Below are positions 35,818-45,178 of a stretch of DNA of 49,172 nucleotides, piece by piece. The stretch comes from Candidatus Enterousia sp. (GTDB taxonomy: Bacteria > Pseudomonadota > Alphaproteobacteria > Rs-D84), in contig JAZRSI010000030.1 of the NCBI GenBank assembly GCA_045651445.1, forward strand, positions 1-49,172, read 5' to 3'. A program made the translations under genes and the position numbers. Position 1 is the first letter of the stretch, and every line of letters starts with the position of its first letter. Under the pieces are notes generated by a model. The model was given only the letters and a program-made list of their open reading frames with translations. It was not told the DNA's origin and searched no databases.

Positions 35818-35875
35818 ATCTAGTTGTGTTGAACTTTATCTTAGATGTATAAAATATCCGGATTTTCCCGATATT

Positions 35876-37855
35876 TTATACAAACAGGTCTTTTACAAAT
35901 TGGGCGTGTTCAGTGATGAATTTAAATCTAAATTCAGGCTTCTTGCCCATTAGTTCAGAAACAATTGTTCGTGTTTTTTCTGTGTCTTCGGCACCGTCTT
36001 CGGTTCGTGGTGGCAGGTCAACACGAATTAATCGACGTGTTTTTGGCGACATTGTTGTTTCTTTTAATTGATTCGGCATCATTTCACCAAGGCCCTTGAA
36101 TCGGGATATTTCAACCTTCTTATTCTTGTATTTGCCGTTTTTTAAATCTTCAAGTTCTTCGTCAGAATCAACATAAATCGATTCGGTGCCGTGTGTTAAT
36201 TTGTATAGTGGGGGACAAGATAAGTATAAATGTCCACCATAAATCAACTGGGGCATATATTGATAGAAAAACGCCATCAGCAATGATGCAATGTGGCTGC
36301 CGTCAACGTCGGCATCGGTCATGATAATAATTTTTTCGTAACGTAGTTTGTCTTCGTTCCAATCTTTGGCGGTCCCAGCGCCGATAATATCAATCAAGTC
36401 ATTTAATTCTTTGTTGGCGCCAAAGCGTTCATCGGAATTTGATACCACATTTAACACCTTGCCGCGTAGTGGCATAATAGCTTGGGTCGCGCGGTCGCGT
36501 GCCTGTTTTGCAGTTCCACCGGCAGATTCCCCTTCGACGATAAATAGTTCGGTTCCTGCAATTCCATGTTTTGAACAATCCGCAAGTTTCGCAGGCATAC
36601 GAATTCGTTTCGTCGGCGTTTTACGGGCAATGTCTTTGACTTGTTTTGTCTTTATTCGTGCATTCGCAAGATTTATCACAAATTCTAGTAAGGCATTTGC
36701 GGTCTTGGGGTCTGACGCCAGGAATATTTCCCATGGATCACGTAGTGCGTTTTCTGTGTACCTTGCAATTTCTGGGTTAGATAATTTTTCTTTGGTTTGA
36801 CCCAAAAATTGTGGTGTTTTGTAAAAAACAGATACAATAGCCGCAACAGAATCAAATACGTCTTCGCCGATAATATTTGTGGCGGATTTGTTGTTGGTTT
36901 TTTCGCCGTATGCTTTTAATCCTTTGGTGATTGCAGATTTAAATCCCGTTTCGTGTGTTCCACCATCGATAGTCGCAATCGTATTACAATAAGACGAGAA
37001 AAATCCGTCGTCAGATGCCGCACCATTTTCGTCGGTTAAAAATGTTAATGCCCATTCTACACGGCCACTATCGTCGGGAAAATCAACAGAACCACTGAAT
37101 ATGCGTGGTAATATGCGTGGCTTGGATTCTGTTTTCTCAGCCAAGAAATCTGCAACCCCATTTGGATAGAAAAACGTCTTGCTGGTGGGGATGTTCATAT
37201 CTTCGGTTAATAATTCTGGATTGCATTGCCAATCTATTTTTACGCCGCGGGATAAAAACGCCTTGGCGCGTGCCATACGATAAATTTTTATCGGCTTGAA
37301 TGTTGCGTTTGCACCGAATATTTCGTCATCAATTGTAAATCTGATTTTTGTGCCGTGATTGCGTGTTGAATCGCCACGTTGCATTGTGCTGGTCGGTAGG
37401 CCACGTGAAAACGTCTGGCGCCAATTGTAACCATCGCGCGCAATGTCAACAATCATTTCACAAGACAGGGCGTTTACAACCGCAGAACCAACACCATGTA
37501 ATCCACCACTTGTTTTATATACATTATTATTGAATTTCCCACCAGAATGCAGGGTTGTTAAAATAACCTCTAGCGCGGATTTGCCAGGGTATTTTGGATG
37601 TTCGTCCACAGGAATTCCACGACCGTCGTCGGTGATTTCAATCGTTTTAGAATCAATTAAATTTACAGTGATTTTCTTGGCAAAGCCGGCAACGGCTTCG
37701 TCAATAGAATTGTCCATAATTTCAATCGGTAGGTGATGCCAGGCCTTTTCGTCCGTGCCACCAATGTACATCCCAGGACGCAAGCGAACCGGTTCTAATC
37801 CTTCGAGAACCTGAATATCTGATGCGTCATATGTGTTTGTGTTTCTTTCCGTCAT
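35876..37855 (-). CDS. parE: DNA topoisomerase IV subunit B
   Basis: VLEGLEPVRLRPGMYIGGTD, LHGVGSAVVNALS, Toprim EGESAGGTA, PLRGKVLNV, IMTDADVDGSHI. The ~660-aa length fits ParE rather than GyrB. ATG 37855 is preferred as the start. Confidence 0.85.
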   Translation of the reverse strand: MTERNTNTYDASDIQVLEGLEPVRLRPGMYIGGTDEKAWHHLPIEIMDNSIDEAVAGFAKKITVNLIDSKTIEITDDGRGIPVDEHPKYPGKSALEVILTTLHSGGKFNNNVYKTSGGLHGVGSAVVNALSCEMIVDIARDGYNWRQTFSRGLPTSTMQRGDSTRNHGTKIRFTIDDEIFGANATFKPIKIYRMARAKAFLSRGVKIDWQCNPELLTEDMNIPTSKTFFYPNGVADFLAEKTESKPRILPRIFSGSVDFPDDSGRVEWALTFLTDENGAASDDGFFSSYCNTIATIDGGTHETGFKSAITKGLKAYGEKTNNKSATNIIGEDVFDSVAAIVSVFYKTPQFLGQTKEKLSNPEIARYTENALRDPWEIFLASDPKTANALLEFVINLANARIKTKQVKDIARKTPTKRIRMPAKLADCSKHGIAGTELFIVEGESAGGTAKQARDRATQAIMPLRGKVLNVVSNSDERFGANKELNDLIDIIGAGTAKDWNEDKLRYEKIIIMTDADVDGSHIASLLMAFFYQYMPQLIYGGHLYLSCPPLYKLTHGTESIYVDSDEELEDLKNGKYKNKKVEISRFKGLGEMMPNQLKETTMSPKTRRLIRVDLPPRTEDGAEDTEKTRTIVSELMGKKPEFRFKFITEHAQFVKDLFV

Positions 37856-37928
37856 AATGTTATTATTATTAGAACATTTTTGAAAATTACGCAAGCCCAA
37901 AGAATTTAAGCATAAATTATTATTATCC

Positions 37929-37956
37929 TCTTGATTTTTTTGTTTGGGCGCTTATA
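37929..37956 (+). promoter_or_regulatory. RpoH (sigma32)-type promoter candidate for dnaJ
   Basis: cttg (37929-37932), 17 nt, cttatat (37950-37956). This fits the alphaproteobacterial heat-shock consensus CTTG-N17-CYTATNT and lies 37 nt upstream of the dnaJ ATG. Confidence 0.45.
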
Positions 37957-37992
37957 TATTTGATATCAACATAAATTATATGGACATATAAA

Positions 37993-39123
37993 ATGAATAA
38001 AAATCCTTATGAAGTTTTGGGTGTTGCACGTGATGCAAGTGATGCTGATATTAAAAAGGCTTATCACAAACTGGTTATGAAATATCATCCAGATAGAAAT
38101 CCTGATAATAAAGACGCAGAAGAAAAGTTTAAAGAAGTAAATAATGCGTTTGATATATTGAAGGACCCACAGAAACGCGCCGCATACGATAGGTTTGGTG
38201 ATGCTGCGTTCGCCGCAGGTAATGGGGCGGGCGCTGGGTTTGGTGGTGGTAATCCATTCGGAAATGGTGCCTTTCATTTTAATATGGGGGGTGGCGCAGG
38301 AATGGATGACATTTTGCGCGAGGCAATGCGTGGATTTGGCTTTGGTGATTTCGCAGGTGGCGCACAACGTGGCGCACCACAACGCGGTGGACGTGATTTA
38401 TTAGATGAAGTTGTTATTGATTTAAAAGACGCTTTCTTTGGCAAAACCCATACCGTAAAGTTTTCAAGTAATGTACAATGTGAAAAATGTCATGGGCACG
38501 GTACTGCGGATGGCAAGCCTGCGCCAGTTTGTTCACGTTGTGGTGGAAGTGGCTTTGTTCAGACCCGTCAAGGTTTCTTTGCAATGGAGGCGCCTTGTCC
38601 AGATTGTGATGGGTTGGGACGCAAAATTTCCAAAAAATGCAGTGAATGCGATGGAACGGGAACACAAAATAAACAGCGTACATTAGAAGTTAAAATTCCT
38701 GCGGGAATTGAAGATGGTGCCCGTTTGAGACTTGCTGGTCAGGGCGAGGCGGGTGCAAATGGTGGACCCGCAGGGGATTTTTATCTGGATATAAGAATAA
38801 GACCCGATAAAAAATTTGAGCGTCAAGGAACTGATTTATTTATAAAAGTTGATGTGCCGTTTACAACGCTTGCCTTGGGGGGCGAGATAGAGGTAGAAAC
38901 AATTGACGACAAGAAGCTAGCGGTCAAGGTGCCTGCGGGAACACAGGTCGGCGAAAAGTTGCGCGTCAAGGGACATGGTATGCCGTCTGTAAGACGTGCG
39001 GGAAGTTTTGGGGATTTATATATAATCGTTTCGATTAATATACCGACCAAGTTGACTGATAAACAAAAGAAGTTGTTAAGTGAATTTGCCGGGTTGAAAT
39101 CTGATAAAAAAGGTTGGTTTTAA
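37993..39123 (+). CDS. dnaJ: molecular chaperone DnaJ
   Basis: J domain with HPD, a G/F-rich region and four CxxCxGxG repeats ([32 protein letters not shown]). Confidence 0.95.
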   Translation: MNKNPYEVLGVARDASDADIKKAYHKLVMKYHPDRNPDNKDAEEKFKEVNNAFDILKDPQKRAAYDRFGDAAFAAGNGAGAGFGGGNPFGNGAFHFNMGGGAGMDDILREAMRGFGFGDFAGGAQRGAPQRGGRDLLDEVVIDLKDAFFGKTHTVKFSSNVQCEKCHGHGTADGKPAPVCSRCGGSGFVQTRQGFFAMEAPCPDCDGLGRKISKKCSECDGTGTQNKQRTLEVKIPAGIEDGARLRLAGQGEAGANGGPAGDFYLDIRIRPDKKFERQGTDLFIKVDVPFTTLALGGEIEVETIDDKKLAVKVPAGTQVGEKLRVKGHGMPSVRRAGSFGDLYIIVSINIPTKLTDKQKKLLSEFAGLKSDKKGWF

Positions 39124-39482
39124 TGCGTATAGCGCGTAATTTATTGGTGCGTAAATTGCCGGTCGTGGTTGCTATTGCGTTGTGTGCAAATTCGTCTTTA
39201 AAGGCACAAGATGTTCAATATGCTGATACGGTAATGGTTTTGAATTTTAGTTCGTCTTTATATGATACCAATTATGGTTTGTATGTTGTTGATAAAAAAG
39301 GGAAGGTGCACAAGCATATTAGTCCAATGTTTGTTGGGGCGGATGTTGTCCCACCACAGCGTGGTGATGAAATTGTGGGCAAAGTAGATTCTATGTCTGG
39401 GAATTTTAATGTGTATAGAAATTTGACAGTTGAAAAAATGCGTGAATATTTTGTTAAAAAGTCGGCACAAAAATATAAATAA
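39123..39482 (+). CDS. hypothetical secreted protein, ~119 aa
   Basis: TAATG overlap with dnaJ. Signal-peptide-like N-terminus (LPVVVAIALCANSSLKAQD). I recognise no family. Confidence 0.6.
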   Translation: MRIARNLLVRKLPVVVAIALCANSSLKAQDVQYADTVMVLNFSSSLYDTNYGLYVVDKKGKVHKHISPMFVGADVVPPQRGDEIVGKVDSMSGNFNVYRNLTVEKMREYFVKKSAQKYK

Positions 39483-39483
39483 T

Positions 39484-39506
39484 AAAACCGCCACATTGGC
39501 GGTTTT
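39484..39506. terminator. bidirectional rho-independent terminator
   Basis: aaaaccgcc, acatt loop, ggcggtttt. Confidence 0.8.
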
Positions 39507-39528
39507 ATTGCGTATAGAAAGTTTTTTG

Positions 39529-40128
39529 TTATTTTACTTTTTTTAGTTTTTCGATAAATGTAATTGTGTATTGTCCCGCAGACCAAATCGATGCAATTAA
39601 TGATAGCCATAATCCATAAATTGCAATTTGGGGCAAAATATAAACTAACATCATTAATGTTTTGCTGCTTGTTGTGGGGGATATTAATGTTCCGATTACA
39701 AAGATTAATAAAAATGCAGATACTGAAATCATTTGAAATGTTGTTTTTATTTTACCTAGTGAAAAGCGGGCTGATGGTACAGGCATTTCTATCTTTTGTG
39801 TGCGCAGAAATTCACGTAATCCCGATATGTATAATTCGCGTGCTATCATAATTATTATAGGGACGATTATAAACCAAGTTGGCATCATTATCGCCAACAT
39901 AATTAATGTGTTGCATACCAATAATTTATCGCCGATGTGGTCTAAAACACCGCCGATTTTTGTGCATGCGTTATATTTTTTTGCAAGATATCCGTCAAAG
40001 AAGTCTGATATAGAACCAAGAACGAATAGTATAAATGATGTCCAGTACATTTGTGCTAATAGTGTTGGGATTATTGCGAATGCCGCGGCAATGCGGAATG
40101 CAGATAAAAAGTTTACAAAAAATTTCAT
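39529..40128 (-). CDS. pgsA: CDP-diacylglycerol--glycerol-3-phosphate 3-phosphatidyltransferase
   Basis: CDP-alcohol phosphatidyltransferase motif DFFDGYLAKK...GGVLDHIGDKLL in a multi-TM protein. Confidence 0.85.
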   Translation of the reverse strand: MKFFVNFLSAFRIAAAFAIIPTLLAQMYWTSFILFVLGSISDFFDGYLAKKYNACTKIGGVLDHIGDKLLVCNTLIMLAIMMPTWFIIVPIIIMIARELYISGLREFLRTQKIEMPVPSARFSLGKIKTTFQMISVSAFLLIFVIGTLISPTTSSKTLMMLVYILPQIAIYGLWLSLIASIWSAGQYTITFIEKLKKVK

Positions 40129-40167
40129 TTGTTTTCTCCTTAAGTTATATATGACATATTATATCAT

Positions 40168-41586
40168 TTATTGATGAAAATGCGCATATATTTTTTCGGC
40201 TGCGCTTTTCCCAAGTCCGGATACGCGTTTAAGTGCGTTTAAGTCTGCGTCCATAATTGCGTGGACAGATCCAAAGTGCTGTAATAATGCGCGTTTTCGT
40301 GTTGGGCCAATGCCGTCAATTTCGTCCAGTACGGATGCGGTCATTTGTTTTGCGCGTGTGGCACGATGATATGTTATTACAAAACGGTGCGCTTCGTCGC
40401 GGACCGCGCGTAGCATTAAAAATAAAGGGCTGTCTTTTTCCAAGGTGTGCAAAATATCGCCGTTTGGTAAAATAAAGTGTTCGTCGCCATCGCGGACTTC
40501 GCCTTTGGTTATTCCCATCACAGGGATTCCGTTTGAAGCGCGGTTGGCGATGTTCCATTGTGCGATACCGCCGTCCACGATTATTAGGTCTAGTTTCGGG
40601 CCGCGTTCGACGGCACGTTTTATGAATTCTGACATCATTGCGATATCATTGCCGGCGCGTGATTTGTCTTGTAATTTAAAATGCCTGTATCCGCTTTTTT
40701 CAAATCCATTATGATTAAAAGTTATCATTGCGCCAACTGCATTTTTCCCGAATAGGTGCGAATTGTCAAAAACGCCAGCTAGGTTTATTTTTATTCCTAG
40801 TAATTCTTCTAGGGCGGAAACGTTTTTGTCCCAGTCTAAAATGGGTGTATGCGCATTGTTTGTTCGGTTTCCGCGATTTGATGTATGGGTTAATGCAGCG
40901 ATTTTGTCGCGTATTATTGCGGCAGATTCGTAATCCATTTGTTGTGAATATTCGTTCATTTGTTTTGTTAAATCTGCAATGATTGGTCGGCTGTCGCCGG
41001 TAAGTATTTTTCGCGCTATACGCAGTGAATCTGAGTATTTTTCGTTGTCTGGAAAACAACAAGGCGCACTGCAACGTCCGATTTGATGCAATAGGCAAGG
41101 GCGTGTGCGATTGTGCATTTGCGTGTTTGTGCATGTTCTGATTTGACAGACTTTTTGAATTGTTTTGATTGTTTCGTTTAATGCAGAAACACTTGGGTAT
41201 GGGCCATATACATCACGTCGCTGTGATATTTTGCCACGAAATTTCAATAGGCGGGGAAAATCGTCGTTTGTTAATGCCAACATTGGGTACATCTTTCCGT
41301 CGGTTAGCATTATGTTATATTTGGGTTTTAAAGTTTTTATAAGTTCTTGTTCGCGAATTAATGCGTCGGATTCTGTTGCAACTGTTTCCCATTCAATGTG
41401 GTGAACCAATGTGCGCATAACTTGTTTGTGTAGTTCCAGTTTGGATATATCCATATATTGTTTTAGACGATTGGATATGTTTTTTGCCTTGCCAACATAT
41501 AGCAAGTTTTTGTCTGCGTCATACATTTTGTAAATGCCGGGGGCATTTGGCGCATTTTCTATTAAATCTGAAAATTGAATATTCAT
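40168..41586 (-). CDS. uvrC: excinuclease ABC subunit C (compact, 472 aa)
   Basis: GIY-YIG (GIYKMY...LYVGKAKN), Cys motif CLLHQIGRCSAPC, UVR domain (MDYESAAIIRDKIAAL), endonuclease domain (FDNSHLFG...IVDGG) and C-terminal (HhH)2 (IDGIGPTRKRALL...VSGLGKSAAEKI). ATG 41586 is preferred over the track start. Confidence 0.85.
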   Translation of the reverse strand: MNIQFSDLIENAPNAPGIYKMYDADKNLLYVGKAKNISNRLKQYMDISKLELHKQVMRTLVHHIEWETVATESDALIREQELIKTLKPKYNIMLTDGKMYPMLALTNDDFPRLLKFRGKISQRRDVYGPYPSVSALNETIKTIQKVCQIRTCTNTQMHNRTRPCLLHQIGRCSAPCCFPDNEKYSDSLRIARKILTGDSRPIIADLTKQMNEYSQQMDYESAAIIRDKIAALTHTSNRGNRTNNAHTPILDWDKNVSALEELLGIKINLAGVFDNSHLFGKNAVGAMITFNHNGFEKSGYRHFKLQDKSRAGNDIAMMSEFIKRAVERGPKLDLIIVDGGIAQWNIANRASNGIPVMGITKGEVRDGDEHFILPNGDILHTLEKDSPLFLMLRAVRDEAHRFVITYHRATRAKQMTASVLDEIDGIGPTRKRALLQHFGSVHAIMDADLNALKRVSGLGKSAAEKIYAHFHQ

Positions 41587-41636
41587 GACTTTTATGATAG
41601 AATAAGTTTTGTTAAATAGCAAATAGAGGTTATAAC

Positions 41637-42101
41637 ATGATACAAGAATCTGGTCGTTCAATGATTGAAATGTTGGGTGTTTTGGCAATTATGGGGGTTA
41701 TTACCGTTGGGGCAATAGGTATGATTTCAACCGCAATGCGTACACAGAAATTGACGGCGGTTAATGATGAGGTCATTCAAATGGTTACGATGGTTCGAAA
41801 TCTGCATGGTGAATATGATGATTTTTCGGCAATGAATACGACAACTATATTTGGGGCAATCGGAATGTCTGATAAAAACCCATATGGTGGGACGTACGAA
41901 TTGTCGGTTAATCCATCGGACGCAAGACAGTTTATAGTTACAATAAATGGTTTGGCAAAGTCTGAATGCGAGGCGTTGGTTGCCAAGGCGTGGTCTGATT
42001 CTATTGGGTACCAAGTGTCTGATGGAAAGTCTGGTGGGGCGGTTGGAAATTGTAATTTAGAAAATGGTAAGAATTCTGTGCAGATAACTTATGGAGAATA
42101 A
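41637..42101 (+). CDS. type IV pilin-like protein (prepilin-type N-terminus)
   Basis: Leader MIQESG then RSMIEMLGVLAIMGVITVG, with Gly at -1, Glu at +5 and a hydrophobic helix. Two C-terminal Cys (SECEAL...GNC) fit a pilin disulfide loop. Confidence 0.7.
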   Translation: MIQESGRSMIEMLGVLAIMGVITVGAIGMISTAMRTQKLTAVNDEVIQMVTMVRNLHGEYDDFSAMNTTTIFGAIGMSDKNPYGGTYELSVNPSDARQFIVTINGLAKSECEALVAKAWSDSIGYQVSDGKSGGAVGNCNLENGKNSVQITYGE

Positions 42102-42137
42102 GGTAAGTTTTTGTGCGTATGCCAATCGGGGGTCAAG

Positions 42138-43109
42138 ATGGCGGATTTTATTCAAGTGTCAAAGGTAGAAGATGGGGTTCGTTTGTTGCGTTGGTTCTTG
42201 CGACATTTCCCGTCTATGCCGCAACGTGAATTCTATAAATTGTGTCGTGGCGGTCAGATACGTGTAAATTCAAAGCGGGTTCGTGGTCAGGAAATTTTGC
42301 ACGCAGATGATGCTGTCCGTATTCCGCCAACATTGGCTAGTTATGCCGTAGCACCAATCCGGAAAACAGAAAGCGGGGAAAACTTTTCGTTGGCAGATTT
42401 GGAAACTTTGCGCAAAACCATTGTTTATAATGATGCAGATGTGGTTGTTTTTAACAAGCCTGCGGGGTTGGCGGTTCAGGGCGGAACAGGAATTAGAAAG
42501 TCTGTTGATAAAATGGCGGTAGCCTTGTTCCCTTATGACAAGATTTCGTTGGTGCATCGTTTAGATAGGGAAACAAGTGGTTTGTTGGTTGTTGCAAAAA
42601 ATCAAAATGCTGCACAAAAATTATCCGCACAATTTCAGAATAAAACCGCGCATAAGGAATATCTGGCTTTGTTAAATGGGGATGTAAACCCAAAGCGTGG
42701 TTTGATAGATAATTATATGATAAAAGGACAGGTCTTGGATAACCCAAGAAGGTTGAACGATGGTACGGGACCGCGTCCGCAACGTGCGATTACAGAATAT
42801 AATGTTTTGGGATGTGCCGCAGGATGTGTGTCGTGGGTGCGATTTTCGCCAAAGACGGGGCGCACACATCAGTTAAGGTTGCATAGTGCGTTTTCATTGG
42901 GCGCGCCAATCGTAGGGGATTCTTTGTATGGTAGGAATAAAGAAGTTAGTGGAATGTTGCAGTCGGTTTTGCAAACAAATAACTTGTTTTTGTTCGCGTA
43001 TAAGATAACATTTCAGCATCCGACAACTGGGCGAATGATTACGTTGCGGGCAACGGTGCCAGATTTTATGATGCCGGTAATTAAATTTTTGGAATTAAAA
43101 TTGCCATGA
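42138..43109 (+). CDS. rluC: RluA-family 23S rRNA pseudouridine synthase (RluC-like) with S4 domain
   Basis: S4-like N-terminus and catalytic motif HRLDRETSGLLVVAK. ATG 42138 is preferred as the start. Confidence 0.85.
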   Translation: MADFIQVSKVEDGVRLLRWFLRHFPSMPQREFYKLCRGGQIRVNSKRVRGQEILHADDAVRIPPTLASYAVAPIRKTESGENFSLADLETLRKTIVYNDADVVVFNKPAGLAVQGGTGIRKSVDKMAVALFPYDKISLVHRLDRETSGLLVVAKNQNAAQKLSAQFQNKTAHKEYLALLNGDVNPKRGLIDNYMIKGQVLDNPRRLNDGTGPRPQRAITEYNVLGCAAGCVSWVRFSPKTGRTHQLRLHSAFSLGAPIVGDSLYGRNKEVSGMLQSVLQTNNLFLFAYKITFQHPTTGRMITLRATVPDFMMPVIKFLELKLP

Positions 43110-45178
43110 AGGTAAGAAAAAGTTTGTTTTTTCCAATAGTACGTATGGTTTGCCTGATTGTGGTCGGGTTGTTGGTCGCGCTTGGCGTTGCGTTAAGTCG
43201 TGTTAATCTTGAGGTGTTACGTGGAAATTTAATTGCGATATTGCGTGATGCAACGGGTATGCCGATTGAAATAGCGGGTGATGTTTCGTGGAAGTTTTCT
43301 TTGCATCCACAGGTTAAATTAAATCAGGTTAGGGTCGCAAATCCTGAGTGGGCGCATGAAAAATATTTATTTAGTGCAGATGAAATTGATGTAAGAATAA
43401 ATTTGATTTCTTTGTTGCGTGATAGACCGACAATCCAAAATGTAAAAGTTTATAATGCAAATTTGAATATTGAAAAAAATGCCGATGGTGCCACGTCGTT
43501 TGCAAAAAAAATATCTGTATCGGATGAAAAAAAATCCGTGCCTATCATAGAAAAATATCCGTTCAAAGATGCAGGCCTTGGTGGGGTAGAGATAAAGAAT
43601 TTAAAATTAAACATCTTTGATAATAAATATTCTTTGGCGGGATTGAATATTAGACGGGATCATAGAACAGAAAATAGAGAATATGCAGGATGGATAAAGA
43701 TAGACAAGGATCTTTTCCCGTTCGTTGTGTCTTTGTCTGAATATAATGATGTGCGCAAGGTTTATCCAATGCGTATTGCGATGGCGACGGGCGGTGATGC
43801 CTTGATTGCAAATGTCGCATTGGAAGGGACTAGTAAATTGCCAATTGATTTTATCGTTCGTGGGGATATAAAAAATGTAGATGCCTTGGCGCAGTTGTTT
43901 CAAATAGATATGATGGGGATTTCAGAAATAAAGTTAAATATTGCGGGTGGTATGGATCGGCAGAAGTTGACTTTACGTAAGTCTTCGATAATGTTGCGAA
44001 ATACAGAATTTTTGATTTCTGGTGTTTGGAACTGGGCACAGAAAAATACTTTAATAAATGCAGATGTTTATTCGTCAGATGTAGATTTAGCGCGCTTGTT
44101 CCCAAAGATTTATGGAAAAAAACGTGTGCGCTCAAATCGTGATTTAAATGTGTTTAAAGATATCCCATTGTTTGGAAAATTCTTCTTGGGCAAAGATATT
44201 AATTTGAATCTTGTTTTAGATAGGTTTGTTGTATTCCGTGAATTAGATATTTCTGGATTGAATGCAAAAGTTAATTTAAAAAATAATCATTTGCGGTTTG
44301 ATGCGCGGACGTCTTTTTTGGGTGGTGATACGGTTGTTGGTTTGGATGCAGATATTGATGCAAATGGGTATGTTTGGTTACAGGCCGCCGCAGATGGAAA
44401 TCGGTTAGTTATTGGGGATTTATTAAAGGAAATAAATAAAACGGATTTGATTTCAGAATTACCAGTAAATGTCGATATATATATTCAGGCAAATGGTGAA
44501 AATTTATCACAAATTATGCAATCGATAACGGGGCCCGTTCAGGTTCATTCTGTTGGGGCGGGGTATGCGCATTCTGCGCTGGTGTCATATATGTATGGGA
44601 CGGATTTCTTGACGTCTTTGCGACATAGTATCGAAGATTTGTTTACATCGGAAAAAAAGCATAATCAAATAAAGATTTCTTGTGTGGCGTTAAATGCGAT
44701 GTTGCGTGATGGGGTATTTGAAACGCAAAATGGTGTGGCGGTCGAAACAAATGCGATAAATATCAGATTGGCAGGGATGTTGGATTTAGGTGATGAGAAA
44801 ATGCGCCTATCTTTGGCGACGGTTCCGGTGCGTGGGATAAAGTTGTCTTTGACGGGAAATGTTGTTAATTCAATCGAGATTTCAGGGTCTTTGGCGGAAC
44901 CTGATATAAAAATAAGTGGTGCGGCGGTTGCGGGCAAAGTGGCGTCTGCGACGGGGTTAGGGTTGTTGTTGGCGCCATTTACGGGTGGTATTGGTTTGGT
45001 TGCAGGTGCCGGTGTTGGTTTGGTTGCGGGGGATTTGCTTGAAAATTGGTTGGCGGATGCGCATCCGTGTGAAACGGCGATGGAACGTGGTGCGCCATTG
45101 TTTCCGGATGATCCGGAATGGATGCACGATTCGGTAGATCAGTTGATGGATATGGTTTTGAAAAATGGGGAAGAATAA
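43106..45178 (+). CDS. AsmA family outer-membrane assembly / lipid transport protein
   Basis: N-terminal TM anchor, long beta-rich periplasmic body of AsmA-like composition and a Gly-rich hydrophobic C-terminal segment. ATGA overlap with rluC. Confidence 0.65.
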   Translation: MKVRKSLFFPIVRMVCLIVVGLLVALGVALSRVNLEVLRGNLIAILRDATGMPIEIAGDVSWKFSLHPQVKLNQVRVANPEWAHEKYLFSADEIDVRINLISLLRDRPTIQNVKVYNANLNIEKNADGATSFAKKISVSDEKKSVPIIEKYPFKDAGLGGVEIKNLKLNIFDNKYSLAGLNIRRDHRTENREYAGWIKIDKDLFPFVVSLSEYNDVRKVYPMRIAMATGGDALIANVALEGTSKLPIDFIVRGDIKNVDALAQLFQIDMMGISEIKLNIAGGMDRQKLTLRKSSIMLRNTEFLISGVWNWAQKNTLINADVYSSDVDLARLFPKIYGKKRVRSNRDLNVFKDIPLFGKFFLGKDINLNLVLDRFVVFRELDISGLNAKVNLKNNHLRFDARTSFLGGDTVVGLDADIDANGYVWLQAAADGNRLVIGDLLKEINKTDLISELPVNVDIYIQANGENLSQIMQSITGPVQVHSVGAGYAHSALVSYMYGTDFLTSLRHSIEDLFTSEKKHNQIKISCVALNAMLRDGVFETQNGVAVETNAINIRLAGMLDLGDEKMRLSLATVPVRGIKLSLTGNVVNSIEISGSLAEPDIKISGAAVAGKVASATGLGLLLAPFTGGIGLVAGAGVGLVAGDLLENWLADAHPCETAMERGAPLFPDDPEWMHDSVDQLMDMVLKNGEE

